Source: Octopus vulgaris (taxonomy: Eukaryota). From it: a DNA stretch of 64,000 nucleotides. The notes beneath the pieces are model-generated. The model was not told where the DNA came from and ran no database searches. It worked only from the letters and a program-made list of their open reading frames with translations. Both the position numbers and the translations under genes were made by a program. The DNA lies in contig OX597834.1 in NCBI GenBank assembly GCA_951406725.2, forward strand, positions 3,162,001 through 3,226,000, written 5' to 3'. Of the stretch, positions 37,080 to 50,845 are shown piece after piece; position 1 is the stretch's first letter, and each line of letters opens with the position of its first letter.

Positions 37080-38327
37080 TCATTGATATAGGAGGCAAAA
37101 TTTATGAGGTACTTGAGAAGGAGTGTTTAGTCAAATTTAGTGAAATTGCTGCATAAAGTTCACACAAGTTCACACACCCTAAACAAAATAAAAAACAAAT
37201 ACAGAAGTAACTTTTGAAGTATTTTACTAATGTGCACCGTAAAAGGGCTGCTTTGCTATGTCAACATGGTGGATACGACATGATGATATTTTTTATTTCT
37301 AGAAAACTGAATTGATTTTGACAATAGGTGTAGTCAGGAGTCAACTTTACTGTTCAGTTTGGACATTGAAGCTCACATCACAGGACAAAGTATCCTATAA
37401 CACAGGGCTGTTGTGATGCCATCCACTGGCCAGATAACAAGATCATTGTCACTTGCTTTGGACTGATCTGCAGAAGTCCTTTGGTCGTCTGCCAGTCTTG
37501 AGTTTGGGGTATAAAGTAAATGTCACTGTTGTGTTGTCCAAGAGAAGGCAAACATGGAAACTGAAGGATCTTTCAGGTAGTCCTGTATTCAGACAAATAA
37601 GGCTTCATATGGAAAGGTAGAGGAGGAGAATGAGACATAGAGTTGAGAGGAGAAACGGAAGTTCTTGTATGCCAACCTGCTGGCGGGGATGGAGCGAATA
37701 TATGGCAGGAACAAGATCCTGTTTGAAAAGATGGGGATGTGGGGGTAGAACAGCTCTGTTGGCAAAGCCATAAAGGCTACAAGATGGGCATGGAAAGACT
37801 GGGAAAATGTAGGGAGCCAGGAACAATAAAGGATAGCAAGAAGGGAAGCTGAGATGCTGGATGGAGATAGGAATGGGAAAATCTGAAACTTAGAAGTTTG
37901 ACAATGTTTTGAGATGAAGCAGTGCAAAATGATGTGCGAATGAAACTGAAAATGTCACCGGTAAGAAGAGCATCGGGAATGAGGGTGGGTCAGCTGCCAA
38001 AGCCGGACGTGAGGTGTGGAAGTGCTAAGTGAAGAGTGTCCATGGTGGAAAGAGGAGCTACACCAAGTATACTCTGGAGAAGCTAACCATTCAAGTTAAT
38101 AGCAGTAATGTACAAAGGGTCATTAAGTCCGTGAAGCAAGGCAAGGCACACCTGTCCATCACTGAGATGCTTAAAATGTCTGGTTGAGGAGGACAATTAG
38201 CTAATCATCCATTTACTCTCTCCTGTAGTTCAAGAAGCTGTCATCAATAAAGACTGGTCTGACAGCAGAACAAAACCCCTTTTTTTGTTCTTTTTGTCTT
38301 TGGTCAGTAAGCGTCATTTCCTGTTTA

Positions 38328-38990
38328 TACGAGGTGGGTGCCAAAAAGAAACCGGAATTTTACAATATTATTTTACTCATTTTTATTGCCTTCAAAGAAT
38401 TCTCCATTGGAAGCAATGCATTTCGCACTCTTTGAAACAGTCCTGGAACTCTTGCAAAGTGATGCCTTTTTACACCTCTGTCGTTTTTTTTTTCTTCTCC
38501 TCTTCCACACCTGCAAAAAAAAACCATTAAACAAAATATAAAATATATTTTAATATATTGAGTTTTATATTTTATATCTCTTAAACAATATATTGACTGG
38601 ATGGGCACAGCTGGAACACATTTGTGTCATTCTCTATCTTAGCAATCATTGAAACCGAAGTTGAAATTCAAGGCATCTATATTGTTGACACGATGTGTTA
38701 ACAGACACCATATACAAAGCAACACAAAATGTTTTAACAACTTTTCTATCATTGATGCATCTCAGTTCCACATCTTTCCATTAAGGACTGTTGTCATTCA
38801 GGGAAACAAAAAAAGTCACAGGGAGTGAGATCAATTTCCACCTGTTCTTTCAGTTCATGACAAGCATTCAGCCGTGACTGCTTTTCCTCTTCTGTGAACA
38901 GGTGAGGCAGAAATTTTGCAGCAGCTCTTTTCATTTGTAATTCCTTGATCAAAATTCGTTGAGAGGAGCTCCAGGACACACCAGTCATAT
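38328..38990 (-). mobile_element. Deleted mariner fossil with a 245-bp foreign insert
   Basis: AAKFLPHLFTEEEKQSR and DLTPCDFFCFP remnants; tacgaggtgggtgccaaaaagaaaccggaa terminus. Confidence 0.65.
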
Positions 38991-40919
38991 CTTAGGGGTT
39001 CGAATAAATGTAACAAAAGCAAAGTTTGAAGGAAATATTAACCATTTTTCATACTTTGTAGGGGTCAACGAATAGGAAATAACAGTTGCTGCCCAGGGAC
39101 AAAAACCATGTTACACTGTGTAATGGGGTGTTAGAAAGGTAAAAGAAAAGGGATTATGAAGGGTCAAACTGTTGGACAAGTTTATGAAAGAACAATGAAT
39201 TAGGTGAGGTCAGTGGTGGGGATGCACCAGTGCAATGGAGTGCTGCATTCACCATTTGTCAGTATATTCCTGGGTCCTCTCAAGTGACCTGTCATGCAGG
39301 GTCCCAGTCAGTCCCCTCGTCTCTGTATGATACTTCTTCATCTGGCATGTGGTTTAGCAACATGAGCTATCACAGCCAGCCAGATCTTCAGTGGAGAGAA
39401 CAGAGTAAGGAGTGTCTGACTCACAAAATCCAGCAACATGGCCAGACAGTCTGAGCTGGCACTTCTGAATCAGGCAAGGAACAGGATGCAGCCCAGCTTT
39501 TCAGTGTGATTCATAGCGACTTGAGCTGCGAATTTGAAGTCCTAAAAGAACTTGGATGAGCTGGTGCATTTGTAGACTCATTTGCCATGGGTGTTAGGTG
39601 TTGCCAGTATCTATACAGGAGGACGAGAGTTTAGATCTCTGGTCCACCCTGTCCTACTCTATAATTGTGAGGCTTCGACACTGTCTCCTTTGATACCAGG
39701 GCACTTCACAGGATTTGGGGTCTCCATTGGTTGCATTTTGTATCCAAGCAAGGATAGATTAAGATGAGAATTAATTTGGAAGCTATGTAGTTCAACTTGG
39801 TGCCTGGGTGTAGTATTACTGGTATTATGTTGTTTGTGAGACAACAGCAGGAAGTACTTAGGGGTAAACCAATCAAAATGGTGTTCATTGATATAGAGAA
39901 GGTTTTTGATAGGGTCTTCCCCTCGTACCATGATTTAGTAGTTGCTGAGAAAACTAGGATCAGATGAATGGTTTGTGAAAGCTGTAGAAGCTACACACAC
40001 CACCACCACCACCACCACCACACACTCATGTACACACAAACACACCACCTCACAATGTAGATGCTGGCACACACACTAATGCAGTATCTAACATAACACA
40101 GTCGCCATAAATCATTTATCACCACCACCCTCCATCTCACCCTCATCTTACTCTGTTATCAATTCTTAAATACCTGGTCACTGTGGAACGTGGTTTGTTA
40201 TCTCAACATTGCAGGTAATTAAGAGCGGTGGGGAACCAATTCAGGAGTTGACATGTCTCTTATCAGCAAATCTTTGCCGTATCCATGGTAATGATACTTC
40301 ACCCAACAATGACCTGCAATTCCTAGCTACAAGATGTGACACAGCAAACATTTTATTCCTTGCTTCTATCCTTTCAACATTGGTTCAATCTCCAGGAAGG
40401 ACCATTGCCCAGGGCCTTCACATGGTGTGAAATATCTGCTGAAGACTTTACCTTAGAGTTGTTGAATGTGAGCATTAACCCTTCCACTGGGAAATTTAAT
40501 TTCATCATTATTGCTGGAATGTTAATTACCTGGGAAGGCCCATGGCCTAGTGGTGAGAGTATTCAACTTCAAACTGTGTGGCCAGAAGTTCGATTCCTGA
40601 CTGGCAGTGCATTATGTTCTTAAGCAAGACACTTTATTTCACTTTGCTCCAATCCACTCATCTAGATAAAATGAATTGTACCTGTAATTCACAAGGGGTC
40701 AGCCTTGTCACTCTGAATCTCCCTGAGAACTACATTAAAGGTTACACATGTCTGTGGTGTACTCAGCCACTTGCACGTTAAATTCACAAGCAGGCTGTTC
40801 TGTTGACCAGATCCACTGGAACACTCTCCATCATCGTAACTGGCCGAGTAGCCCTTGGTTAATTCTCTCCCAAAAAGGTAGAATTGGTATTTCCTGCAAG
40901 TCCCGCTGCCTCAATAGAC

Positions 40920-41385
40920 TTGACATTTCTCAACGAAAAACACTTTCAACCATGACAGCTTGAACGGCTAAAGTCAGCGCTAGATGAAAAACAACCATCT
41001 TTGGTTTCAAGACGAAAGGTGTTCTTCCATCAGGATAATGCTTGGCCACATACAGCAAGGATGACATTCCAAAAGCTGGAGCAGTTGGAATGGGAAACGA
41101 TGCCCCATCCACCATATTCTCCAGACATTACCCCATCTGATAATCATTTTGACAGAAAAAATATGAATTCTGTAGATAAGGTCAGAGCAGTACTTGAGAA
41201 ATATTTCTCATCATGGACAAGTGAATTCTGGAAGAGGGTCTTTGCAAGTCTACCAGATAAATGGAAGAGCATTGTAGGGAATGAAGGAGAGTATATTTTA
41301 GATTAAAAAAAGAACTTTGTTTATCTTAATTTTGAAAAATAAAAGAAGTATAAAAACACCGCATTATTTATGGGATGGCTCTATA
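40920..41385 (+). mobile_element. mariner 3' half
   Basis: FFHQDNAWPHTA..HPPYSPDITPSD..KWKSIVGNEGEYILD*, followed by TIR-like gcattatttatgggatgg. Confidence 0.85.
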
Positions 41386-41597
41386 TATGCATGTATATAT
41401 ATATATAGTCATCAACAAAACTTAACTAAAGGTGTGAATAACACCTACATTACTAGAAATAGTAGCTAAAATGCTCCAATGTTTAGCTCCTATTTCTTGC
41501 ATTGTGCGTGTTATTAGCATCATTAGTTAAGTTTACTTAATGACTATAGTTTTCCTTTACGGCATAACATTGCAAACAGCTGTTTTTATTAATTTTA

Positions 41598-41632
<35 letters not shown>

Positions 41633-42191
41633 GTGTGTGTGTGTGTTCTTTTACTTTCTCCCATCAATATTGACACTTGAATGTCCATTCTCTTTAGGTC
41701 ATTAAGTGACCTAATCCTGACCTAAAAAATTGGCTGCGTATCCCCAATTACGTGTACCTTAATATAATTCTCAAGGAGAACTAGTCTGACATCGGGCATA
41801 CATACACAAACACACATGCACAAACACATAGAAGCACACACACACACGTGTATGTATGTATGTATGTATGTATATACACACACAAACACACGGTCCTCCA
41901 CCTACCTTGGCACAATTTATTAAACATTTGACACAAAATCAATAACTATAAACAGTTTCCTTTTGTCCTTCCAAATTTTTCATACAAACATCAATATATA
42001 GATTTATATACTCTCGATTTATTTTTATTTATTTATTCATTTAATGTTTAACTTTCCTCAATGCTTGTATTTATGTTTTTTTATCTGCAGATTAAAATGT
42101 TTGTACTCCAACTGGATCTTCAATACTAAGACTTTAGCAACGGAAATAAGGTCTAAGGAAGATGATAAATTACTTAAATATATCAGACAGT

Positions 42192-42441
42192 ACAGGGCGG
42201 CGAGCTGGTTAGGGCAGCAAGCTGGTAGAAACGTTAGTACGCCAGGCGAAATGCTTAGTGGTATTTCGTTTGCCGCTTCAATCTGAGTTCAAATTCCGCC
42301 GAGGTTGACTTTGCCTTTCTTCATTTCGGGGTCGATAAATTAAGTACCAGTTACGCACTGGAGTCGATATAATCGACTTAATCCGTTTGTCTGTCCTTGT
42401 TTGTCCTCTCTGTGTTTAGCCCCTTGTGGGTAGTAAAGAAA
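42192..42441 (+). mobile_element. tRNA-derived SINE (gcctttc..tttcggggtcgataaattaagtacc central domain) with 17-bp TSD
   Basis: TSD taaatatatcagacagt at 42175-42191 and 42442-42458. Confidence 0.88.
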
Positions 42442-42709
42442 TAAATATATCAGACAGTCCTTCTGGTAACTGGAAATAACCTATGAGAGTTTCTCGCATG
42501 ATAACTATAACAGTATTCAGTGTTCTAAGGCAGCATCCACTTTTAAGAGGGCAATAAATGATACATTTGGGTATTCATACTGCTTCTGTTGCTATTGTTT
42601 TTTAATAAACACACCAGCCCTTCACAATTCCACTGGCCTGTTTGGGCACTGCGATTCTATTTAAAGTACTAGCAGAGATGTTGTTGTTACTTCAAGTGTC
42701 TGAGTATCT

Positions 42710-42747
42710 ATCACTGACGATGCCAGGGAAGGCTGAAATCATATGAT
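42710..42747 (+). ncRNA. Minimal type I hammerhead motif
   Basis: AUCA CUGACGA U GCC AGGGAA GGC U GAAA UCA UA UGAU. Confidence 0.6.
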
Positions 42748-42911
42748 CTGGTAGTCTGAGTAGTGGCGATGGCAGTTGATTATCTCCCACTAGCGATATA
42801 AACAAGAGTGCTTATATGCACCACAAGCCAAAATGAGACATTGTTTCATGGTAGCTATCTCAGTGTTCTATGTTGTATCACAACACCCACTTTAAGTGGG
42901 GATAAATATTT

Positions 42912-43382
42912 TCTCTATATTATAAGTCTGAAATTCAAAAGGTTTGTTTGTCTGGTTTTGGCATTGGAACGGGTTAAAGGCCACTAGATCTCGTCGAATT
43001 GACTCCAAAATTTACAGAGACATGTAAAATGAGGTGAGGATGTGAATGGGCTAGGTTAGAAATCCCTATCTTAAACGGTGTGGTTACTAGGGCGAAAAAC
43101 GCACGCTTTGACAAGTCTCCTCTCATTCTTTTATGTATCTGTCTTCCTCCGTTTCTCTCTCTTTCCTCCTTCCCTTCACATTCTCTCTATAACGTCGTTT
43201 CACAATGTCCTATATCTTCCCCCACCACCACACAATCATGAGAACAAATATTATGAATCAGATATTTATTGGGTTAATTTATATATGTGTGTGTGTTCTA
43301 TATATAAAATATTTATATATAATGTATATATACAAAGTGTATATATATGTATTTATATATATATATAATTTGTATACATTTA

Positions 43383-43454
<72 letters not shown>

Positions 43455-43494
43455 ACACTCTTACCCGCGCATAGAGCGGGTCACCTTAAGCTAG
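42912..43494 (+). mobile_element. Non-autonomous Helitron
   Basis: tctctatattataag 5' end; acccgc-gcataga-gcgggt hairpin followed by CTAG|T. Confidence 0.75.
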
Positions 43495-43512
43495 TCTTAA
43501 TATAAATGCATA

Positions 43513-43559
<47 letters not shown>

Positions 43560-44449
43560 TTGTCAAAGAAAGGAATAAACTACCTCTGTCAGTAATTAGT
43601 TGTCAAGATCCTTCTGTATCCTTCAAACATTCCATGCTTCCCAATATTCACCAACACTATTCTAGATGTACCCATCCACCCCTTTCCCCCTCTTTAGAGC
43701 CCCTCTACTGTCCCCTTTTCGGTCTTCTTCTGTGTAATACGTATATATTTTTGGCTATCAATGTTCTCTTTCTTTAATGTTTTTCCTTCTCTCACCTCTT
43801 TTCAACTTTTCCAAACCACTTTTAGAGCACTTGAGTACAATAAGTTCATCAGAACATAATTCTCAAACTACTTCAAATAAATGACATCACTAGAACCAGA
43901 ATCAATCCTTTTTAAAACACAAATAACCTATTATTGTTCTACTAGGATATAGGAGGGGATGATCCTTTTTTTTTATTCTTTTGCCAGTTAAACACATGCA
44001 TTGTTTGTCTAATTTCCACTTTTTGCTATTTTTAGTTTAGACATTTGTCAAAGTTCTTTTGTCACACATTCTGTGACCCTATCAATGGCTCTCTGTCCAA
44101 TGTCCCCTCTTGTCCTGCTTATTCTATTCTGTCCTTCTCTAATATGTGTATTGTTGGCGATTTTCTTTCTCCGTCTTCCCTTCCTTGGACTTTTCCTTTT
44201 TTCTATATTTCTGACAAAGAGCTCCACTTGAAACGTTAAATTCTCCTTCTTTTCTTTCTTTTCTTCAACATCCAATAACACTATACTTGTTCCACGTCCT
44301 CACGTTGTTGTTTTCTCGTTGTTCATGTTTGGATTAACTATATATATATGTATGTATGTATGTATATGTATATATATGTATATATATATATGTGTGTGTG
44401 TGTGTATATATAGTTCATTGTTAAACCTCGCTAAGATAAATATTTCAAT

Positions 44450-44512
44450 CACCTGAAGATTGACTGTAACTCGAATTATTAAGAATTGGACAGCCATGAA
44501 ACGATCGTAGTG
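44450..44512 (+). ncRNA. Minimal type I hammerhead motif
   Basis: CAC CUGAAGA U UGACUGU..ACAGCCA U GAAA CGAUCG UA GUG. Confidence 0.65.
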
Positions 44513-44679
44513 TTATACTCATTATCTTTTTAGTAATTTTGATATATATTTTATATGTATGGCTTATATTGTATGATTTGCCTAATAGTGGTTTTATCTC
44601 TAATTTAATATAATATATTTTACTATAAAATTAGATTCAATCTAAATCTGATTTTTCCCTGTAAGTTTGGATATATATA

Positions 44680-44719
<40 letters not shown>

Positions 44720-44730
44720 TATAACTTAAC

Positions 44731-45394
44731 AGTTATCGCCAAGCTAATATGGCAGTCCATAAATATAAGAGTAAAACTGAATTAGCTCCAAGAGACCATC
44801 GCCTCTAGCTAGCTATATGACACATGAACCTGTGTCCATTATAACCTTTGAACAGGGGAGGTCAGCTGTTTTTCCTGGCTGGTCAGGCATCTGCAGACAT
44901 GTTTGAGGGTATTTGCCCTTTATCAATGCAGAGTAGCCAAACCCAGCAGGCATCGCTACTGACCGTCTGTTCGAAGGAATATTTACCTAATTTCAGTGGA
45001 ATACATCCACTCATTTTCAAAAACAGAAATATCAATATTTCTAAGTCTCTCTAAAGGAGACTACGGCAGCGGTAATGGATATTAATAGTTATCACCAAGC
45101 TAATATGGTAGTCTGGCTACTCTGCATTGATAAAGGGCAAATACCCTGAAACATATCTGCAGATGCCTGACCAGCAAGGAGAAGCGGTTGACCTTCCCTG
45201 TTTGAAGGTTATAATGGACACAGGTTCGTGTGTCATATAGCTAGCCTAGCTAGAGGCGATGGTCTCTAGGAGCTAATCAATGGCAGCTTTAGTCTTATAT
45301 TTATGGACTGCCATATTAGCTTGGCGATAACTATTGATATCTAGTACCACTGCCGTAGTCTCCTTTAGAGAGACTTAGAAATATTAATATTTCT
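44731..45394. repeat. Nested long inverted repeats
   Basis: 44731-44939 pairs with 45114-45332, and 45025-45113 pairs with 45306-45394. Confidence 0.9.
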
Positions 45395-45397
45395 ATT

Positions 45398-46090
<693 letters not shown>

Positions 46091-46345
46091 TAATAATAAT
46101 AATAATAATTGTGTACAGTGCTCAGGTGCACTACAACTCATCTAAAGTGTATATATAATCAGGTGTTGTTTCGGCGGATTTCGGAAAGCATGAGGGCCTT
46201 AAAGGATGCAGTGTCATGGCAGTCAACAACTGACGCAGGCAGTTTATTCCACGCTTCAGCAACCCTGAGCGTGAAAAAATGTTTCCGGAAGTCATGGGAG
46301 CTGTATTGTTTTCTGACTTTGTAGGCATGTCCACGTGTGTTAGAC
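46091..46345 (-). mobile_element. CR1-clade LINE 3' end with (ATT)n tail
   Basis: TRGHAYKVRKQ..RKHFFTLRVAEAWNKLP..SFK. Confidence 0.85.
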
Positions 46346-46421
46346 ACATGGAGATCAAAAATATATGTATATATATGTGGATATATATATATATATACAA
46401 GCACACACATACATCATATAT

Positions 46422-46630
46422 GGGGGGATGCTGAAAAGTGCCTGATCTTAACAGTATCGTGAAAGACCTGGTTGGAGCCCCAACCTTCTGGGTTTTTTTA
46501 CAGGGCTTAGAAGAACTGAAGAACCACTGAATCTGGGAGGGGAATGTGTTGAATAAAATCATAATTAACTGATCTTCCTCCTGTGTTTTTCTTTTACCCA
46601 GAGTCAGGAACCTTTCAGCATCCCTTTGTA
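46422..46630. mobile_element. mariner-type MITE
   Basis: TIRs gggatgctgaaaagtgcctga / tcaggaacctttcagcatccc. Confidence 0.7.
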
Positions 46631-47087
46631 AATACACACACATACACACACAAAATATTTAATCCATATTTGTTGCCGGTGGCATGTAAAAAGCACCATC
46701 CGAATTGTGGCCAATGCCAGCGCCGCCTTGACTGGCTTCCGTGCCGGTGGCACGTAAAATGCACCAATCCGATCGTGGCCATTGCCAGCCTCGCCTGGCA
46801 CCTGTGCAGGTGGCATGTAAAAAAGCATCCACTACACTCACGGAGTGGTTGGCATTAGGAAGGGCATCCAGCTGTAGAAACACTGCCAGATCAGACTGGA
46901 GCCTGGTGCAGCCTTCTGGCTTCCCAGACCCCAGTTGAACCGTCCAACCCATGCTAGCATGGAAAATGGACGTTAAACGATGATGATGATGATGATGATG
47001 ATATATATGTATATATATATAAACCCATGTTTATCTTAATTTTGAAAAATAAAAGAAGCATAAAGTCATGGAGAACGGACGTTAAAC

Positions 47088-47120
<33 letters not shown>

Positions 47121-47531
47121 AATATATTTTGTTGAGCTAACAAATAGGAATTGAATATTTCATTCAGTTTTAATTTTATTATCTTTCAATTCTCTAATCT
47201 AAACTAGACACAGCTTAGATTGAACTTGCTGCACCCTTGCCACTCTTGTCTCTAACAACTTCCTTCCTTCTCGGCAATTCAACATGTGTAAACAATAATA
47301 CGGATACTTTTTTCTCTCCAAATGTTGTTTTTTCCGTCTCTCTCTCTGTTTTCTCTCCTTATTCCTTTCTCTACAAGAACATTCTTCTTTCATTTTTCCT
47401 GAGCATCAAACTAATCCACTCTATTTCTTCTTCCATCATCTGTCTTTTGTTTTTGTATCATTTTAAATAATAAATACATACATACATATATACATATATA
47501 TATGTATATATATATACTCATTTATATATAT

Positions 47532-47565
<34 letters not shown>

Positions 47566-47613
47566 GTATCAAATGAAGTAAATGAAAAAAATGAAAAACA
47601 GGATGCAAAGGAT

Positions 47614-47712
47614 TATGCGGTACATATGTTTCAGGCTTTATTGAACAACTTATTCTTATATCAATGCATAATTGATATAACAGGTAGATCAAAAGCCTTC
47701 TTCAGCCGCGTA
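47614..47712 (-). ncRNA. Type I hammerhead motif with intact core and long stem II
   Basis: UACGCGG CUGAAGA AGGCUUU..AAAGCCU GAAA CAUAUG UA CCGCAUA. Confidence 0.8.
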
Positions 47713-48092
47713 CAATTGCTACACCAAAGACTTGTATCACATTATAAAAGGTTTGAGAAAAAGTTTGAGAAAAAACCGAGTTTCATTAGGAAAGTAAATC
47801 CTCATAGGCGTACATGGTATTGCGAGACTCCAAAACAAATCGTCCATACCGTTTTTATATATATATATATATATACTCTTTACTCTTTTTACTCTTTTAC
47901 TTGTTTCAGTCATTTGACTGCGGCCATGCTGGAGCACTGCCTTTTAGTCGAGCAAATCGACCCCGGGACTTATTCTTTGTAAGCCCAGTACTTATTCTAT
48001 CGGTCTCTTTTTGCCGAACCACTAAGTGACGGGTACGTAAACACACCAGCATCGGTTGTCAAGCAATGCTAGGGGGACAAACACAGACACAA

Positions 48093-48123
<31 letters not shown>

Positions 48124-48609
48124 CATATATACGACAGGCTTCTTTCAGTTTCCATCTACCAAATCCACTCACAAGGCATTGGTCGGCCCGGGGCTTTAGC
48201 AGAAGACACTTGCCCAAGATGCCACGCAGTGGGACTGAACCCGAAACCATGTGGTTGGTTAGCAAGCTACTTACGACACAGCCACTCCTGCGCCATATAT
48301 ATGTATATGGAGGCAATGACCAAGACCTTTGTCGTGTCATGCTTGAGAAGACCCATCAAGTTGAGTAAAATCATTGGCATGGCAGATACCGGTGTCACGC
48401 AAGTTGGCATCCATGCCAGTGGCACATAAAAATCATCATCATCATCATCCTTATCATTTAACGTCCATGGGTTGGATGATTCGACTGGGGACTGGGAAGC
48501 CAGGAGGCTGCACCAGGCTCCAGTCTGATCTGGCAGTGTTTCTACAGCTGGGTGCCCTTCCTAATGCCAACCACTCCAAGAGTGTAATGGATGCTTTTTA
48601 ATAAAAAAT

Positions 48610-48915
48610 GGAGGCGCAGTGGCCTAGTGGTTAGGGCTGTGGACTCGCGGTCGGAGGATCACAGTTTCGATTCCTAGACTGGGCGTTGTGTGTGTTAATT
48701 GAGTGAAAATGCCTAAAGCTCCATGAGGCTCTGGTGGGGTGTTGGTGGTGACCTCTGTTGTACTCTTTTGCCCCAACTTTCTCTCACTCTTTCTTCCTGT
48801 TTCTTGAGTAACACTGTGATGGACTGGCGTCCTGTCCAGCTGGGGGGAACACATACGCCACAGAAACTGGGAAACCGGGCCCATGAGCCTGGCTAGGCTT
48901 GAAAAGGGCACATAA
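48610..48915 (+). mobile_element. tRNA-derived SINE (third family)
   Basis: ggcgcagtggcctagtggttagg..gtttcgattcc head; related copies near 14725-15015 (+) and 17200-17450 (-). Confidence 0.8.
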
Positions 48916-50845
48916 AAAATTTTTTTAAATAATAGAAAACACTTGCCCAAGGTGCCGTGTAATGGAATTGAACCTGAAACTAGATCATTGTGAAGTGGTA
49001 CCCAAAAACTGACATTGTGCGATTGTATGCAAATTTTGCTTTTCTTTTCCAAATATATACATGCCCATGCGAGCAGCCATCAGTCACTTTTCCTCAAATA
49101 ACAAAACATCTGATTTCCTCTCACAAACCTTGTGTATACATTTCTTCTTTCTTTCCCAATTGTAAAACCTATATAGAGGTGTGGCTCTGTGGTGAGAAGT
49201 TTGCTTTCCAAACACATGGTTCCAGGTTCCATCCCACTATGTGGCACCTTGGGCAAGTGTCTTCTGCTGTTGCCTCAGACTGACCAAAGCCTTGTGAGTG
49301 GATCTGGTAAGTGGAAACTGAAAGAAGCCCATCATATATATATATATTTGTGTGTGTGAGAGAGAGAGAGAGAGAGTGAATGAGTCTTTGTGTCTGTGTT
49401 TACATTCATATAACTTAGCAGTTTGACAAAATGGACCGATAGAATAAGTATCAGGCTTGAAAAAAAGGAAATACTGGAGTCAATACATTTGACTAAAATT
49501 CCTTCTTGGCATTACTCCAGCATGGCCACAGTCTAGTGACCGAAACAAGTCAAAGGACACGCAAGTGCCACATGTTTGCCCAGCTTCGAGGGCAAACTGC
49601 CAAAAAGAATGACACGTCTGGAAGGAGGGTCAGCAATTTATAAAAGAGAAATGGAAGTCTAGTTTCCTTGGCTGGATTGGAGGATCAACCACCACCCACA
49701 GGACTTAGGTCTGTTGTGAGCCAAAGGATCTCATAAGACTGGAGCTTAATCTGGTTTCTGTGGTGTGTAAGTGACTGAGATTACAATATATCCTCCTGGA
49801 TAGGATACCAGTCCATCACAGGATTAACTTCCCAACTATTGCTGGAACTAATTCACAGCTGAATGCGTTGGTGTAATGTGAAATGAAGTGTTTTGCTCAA
49901 GGACACAATGCACTGCCTGGTCCAGGGACTGAAACAGTTTTCTTACAATTACAAATGAAACATTCTAACCGCAAAGCCATGTGCCTTCCTACGACAAAAC
50001 TACATTACTTCATATGTCCTTCACTGACTCAACAAGAATCAGATGTAATTTGAGGTAGACTTAGCTGCTATTTCTAGCAGATCAAGTGACAGCATACAAG
50101 TCCTGTCAGCAGCTTAAGACAAAATGTTTCTTCTTCCCACCCACTCACCCAACCCCCAACTACTGACCAGTTCTGGGGCAAGCTTTTTCTTGGACAGTAT
50201 CCAACGTGGCATCAGTCAGTCATGATGAATCCTCAGCTGGTTACCTAGCAACAGCTGGTCACCAAATATTATAATCAACACAGAAATTACCAAGAGACAC
50301 GTTCTCATAAATATGCTAACTACTACATTAATTAATCTACATTACATTTAATTAGTGATTCTAATGTCACCAAACTGAAACCTAAGCTTCACTAATGAGG
50401 TAGCAATTACACCAAAACCTGTTCAAAGTCATCTCCCTTGCTGTGATAATTAAAACAAGGTTATTTTAATCAACCAAAAGAATTGTCTTTCACTCAATGT
50501 GTAATTATTTTCAAATTTCCTAATTAAAGCTCCCTAATTGCACTTTTCTGACTGAAACAATTAAATGATAAAAGATGGAAATAACTTAATTATCTATCTA
50601 TCTATTCCACTGTCTGCCTGCCCGTCTCACTATATATAGATTTCTAATAAAAAAACTTGTGTATAATATTGAAGTCATGGGGGGGGGTGAGAGTGGGAAT
50701 TAAGAGGAAGGAGTGAGGGCAGATTGTAACCAGCAATAAAATATAAAGAGGGATGTATATGTATGCATGTATATACATGTGTCTGTGTATATATGTGTAT
50801 ATATGCACACACACAAATACATATATATATATATATATATATACA

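Noticed and set aside
37400-38270. Possible old LINE fragments
   Set aside because: Too decayed to assign a clade or boundaries by eye.
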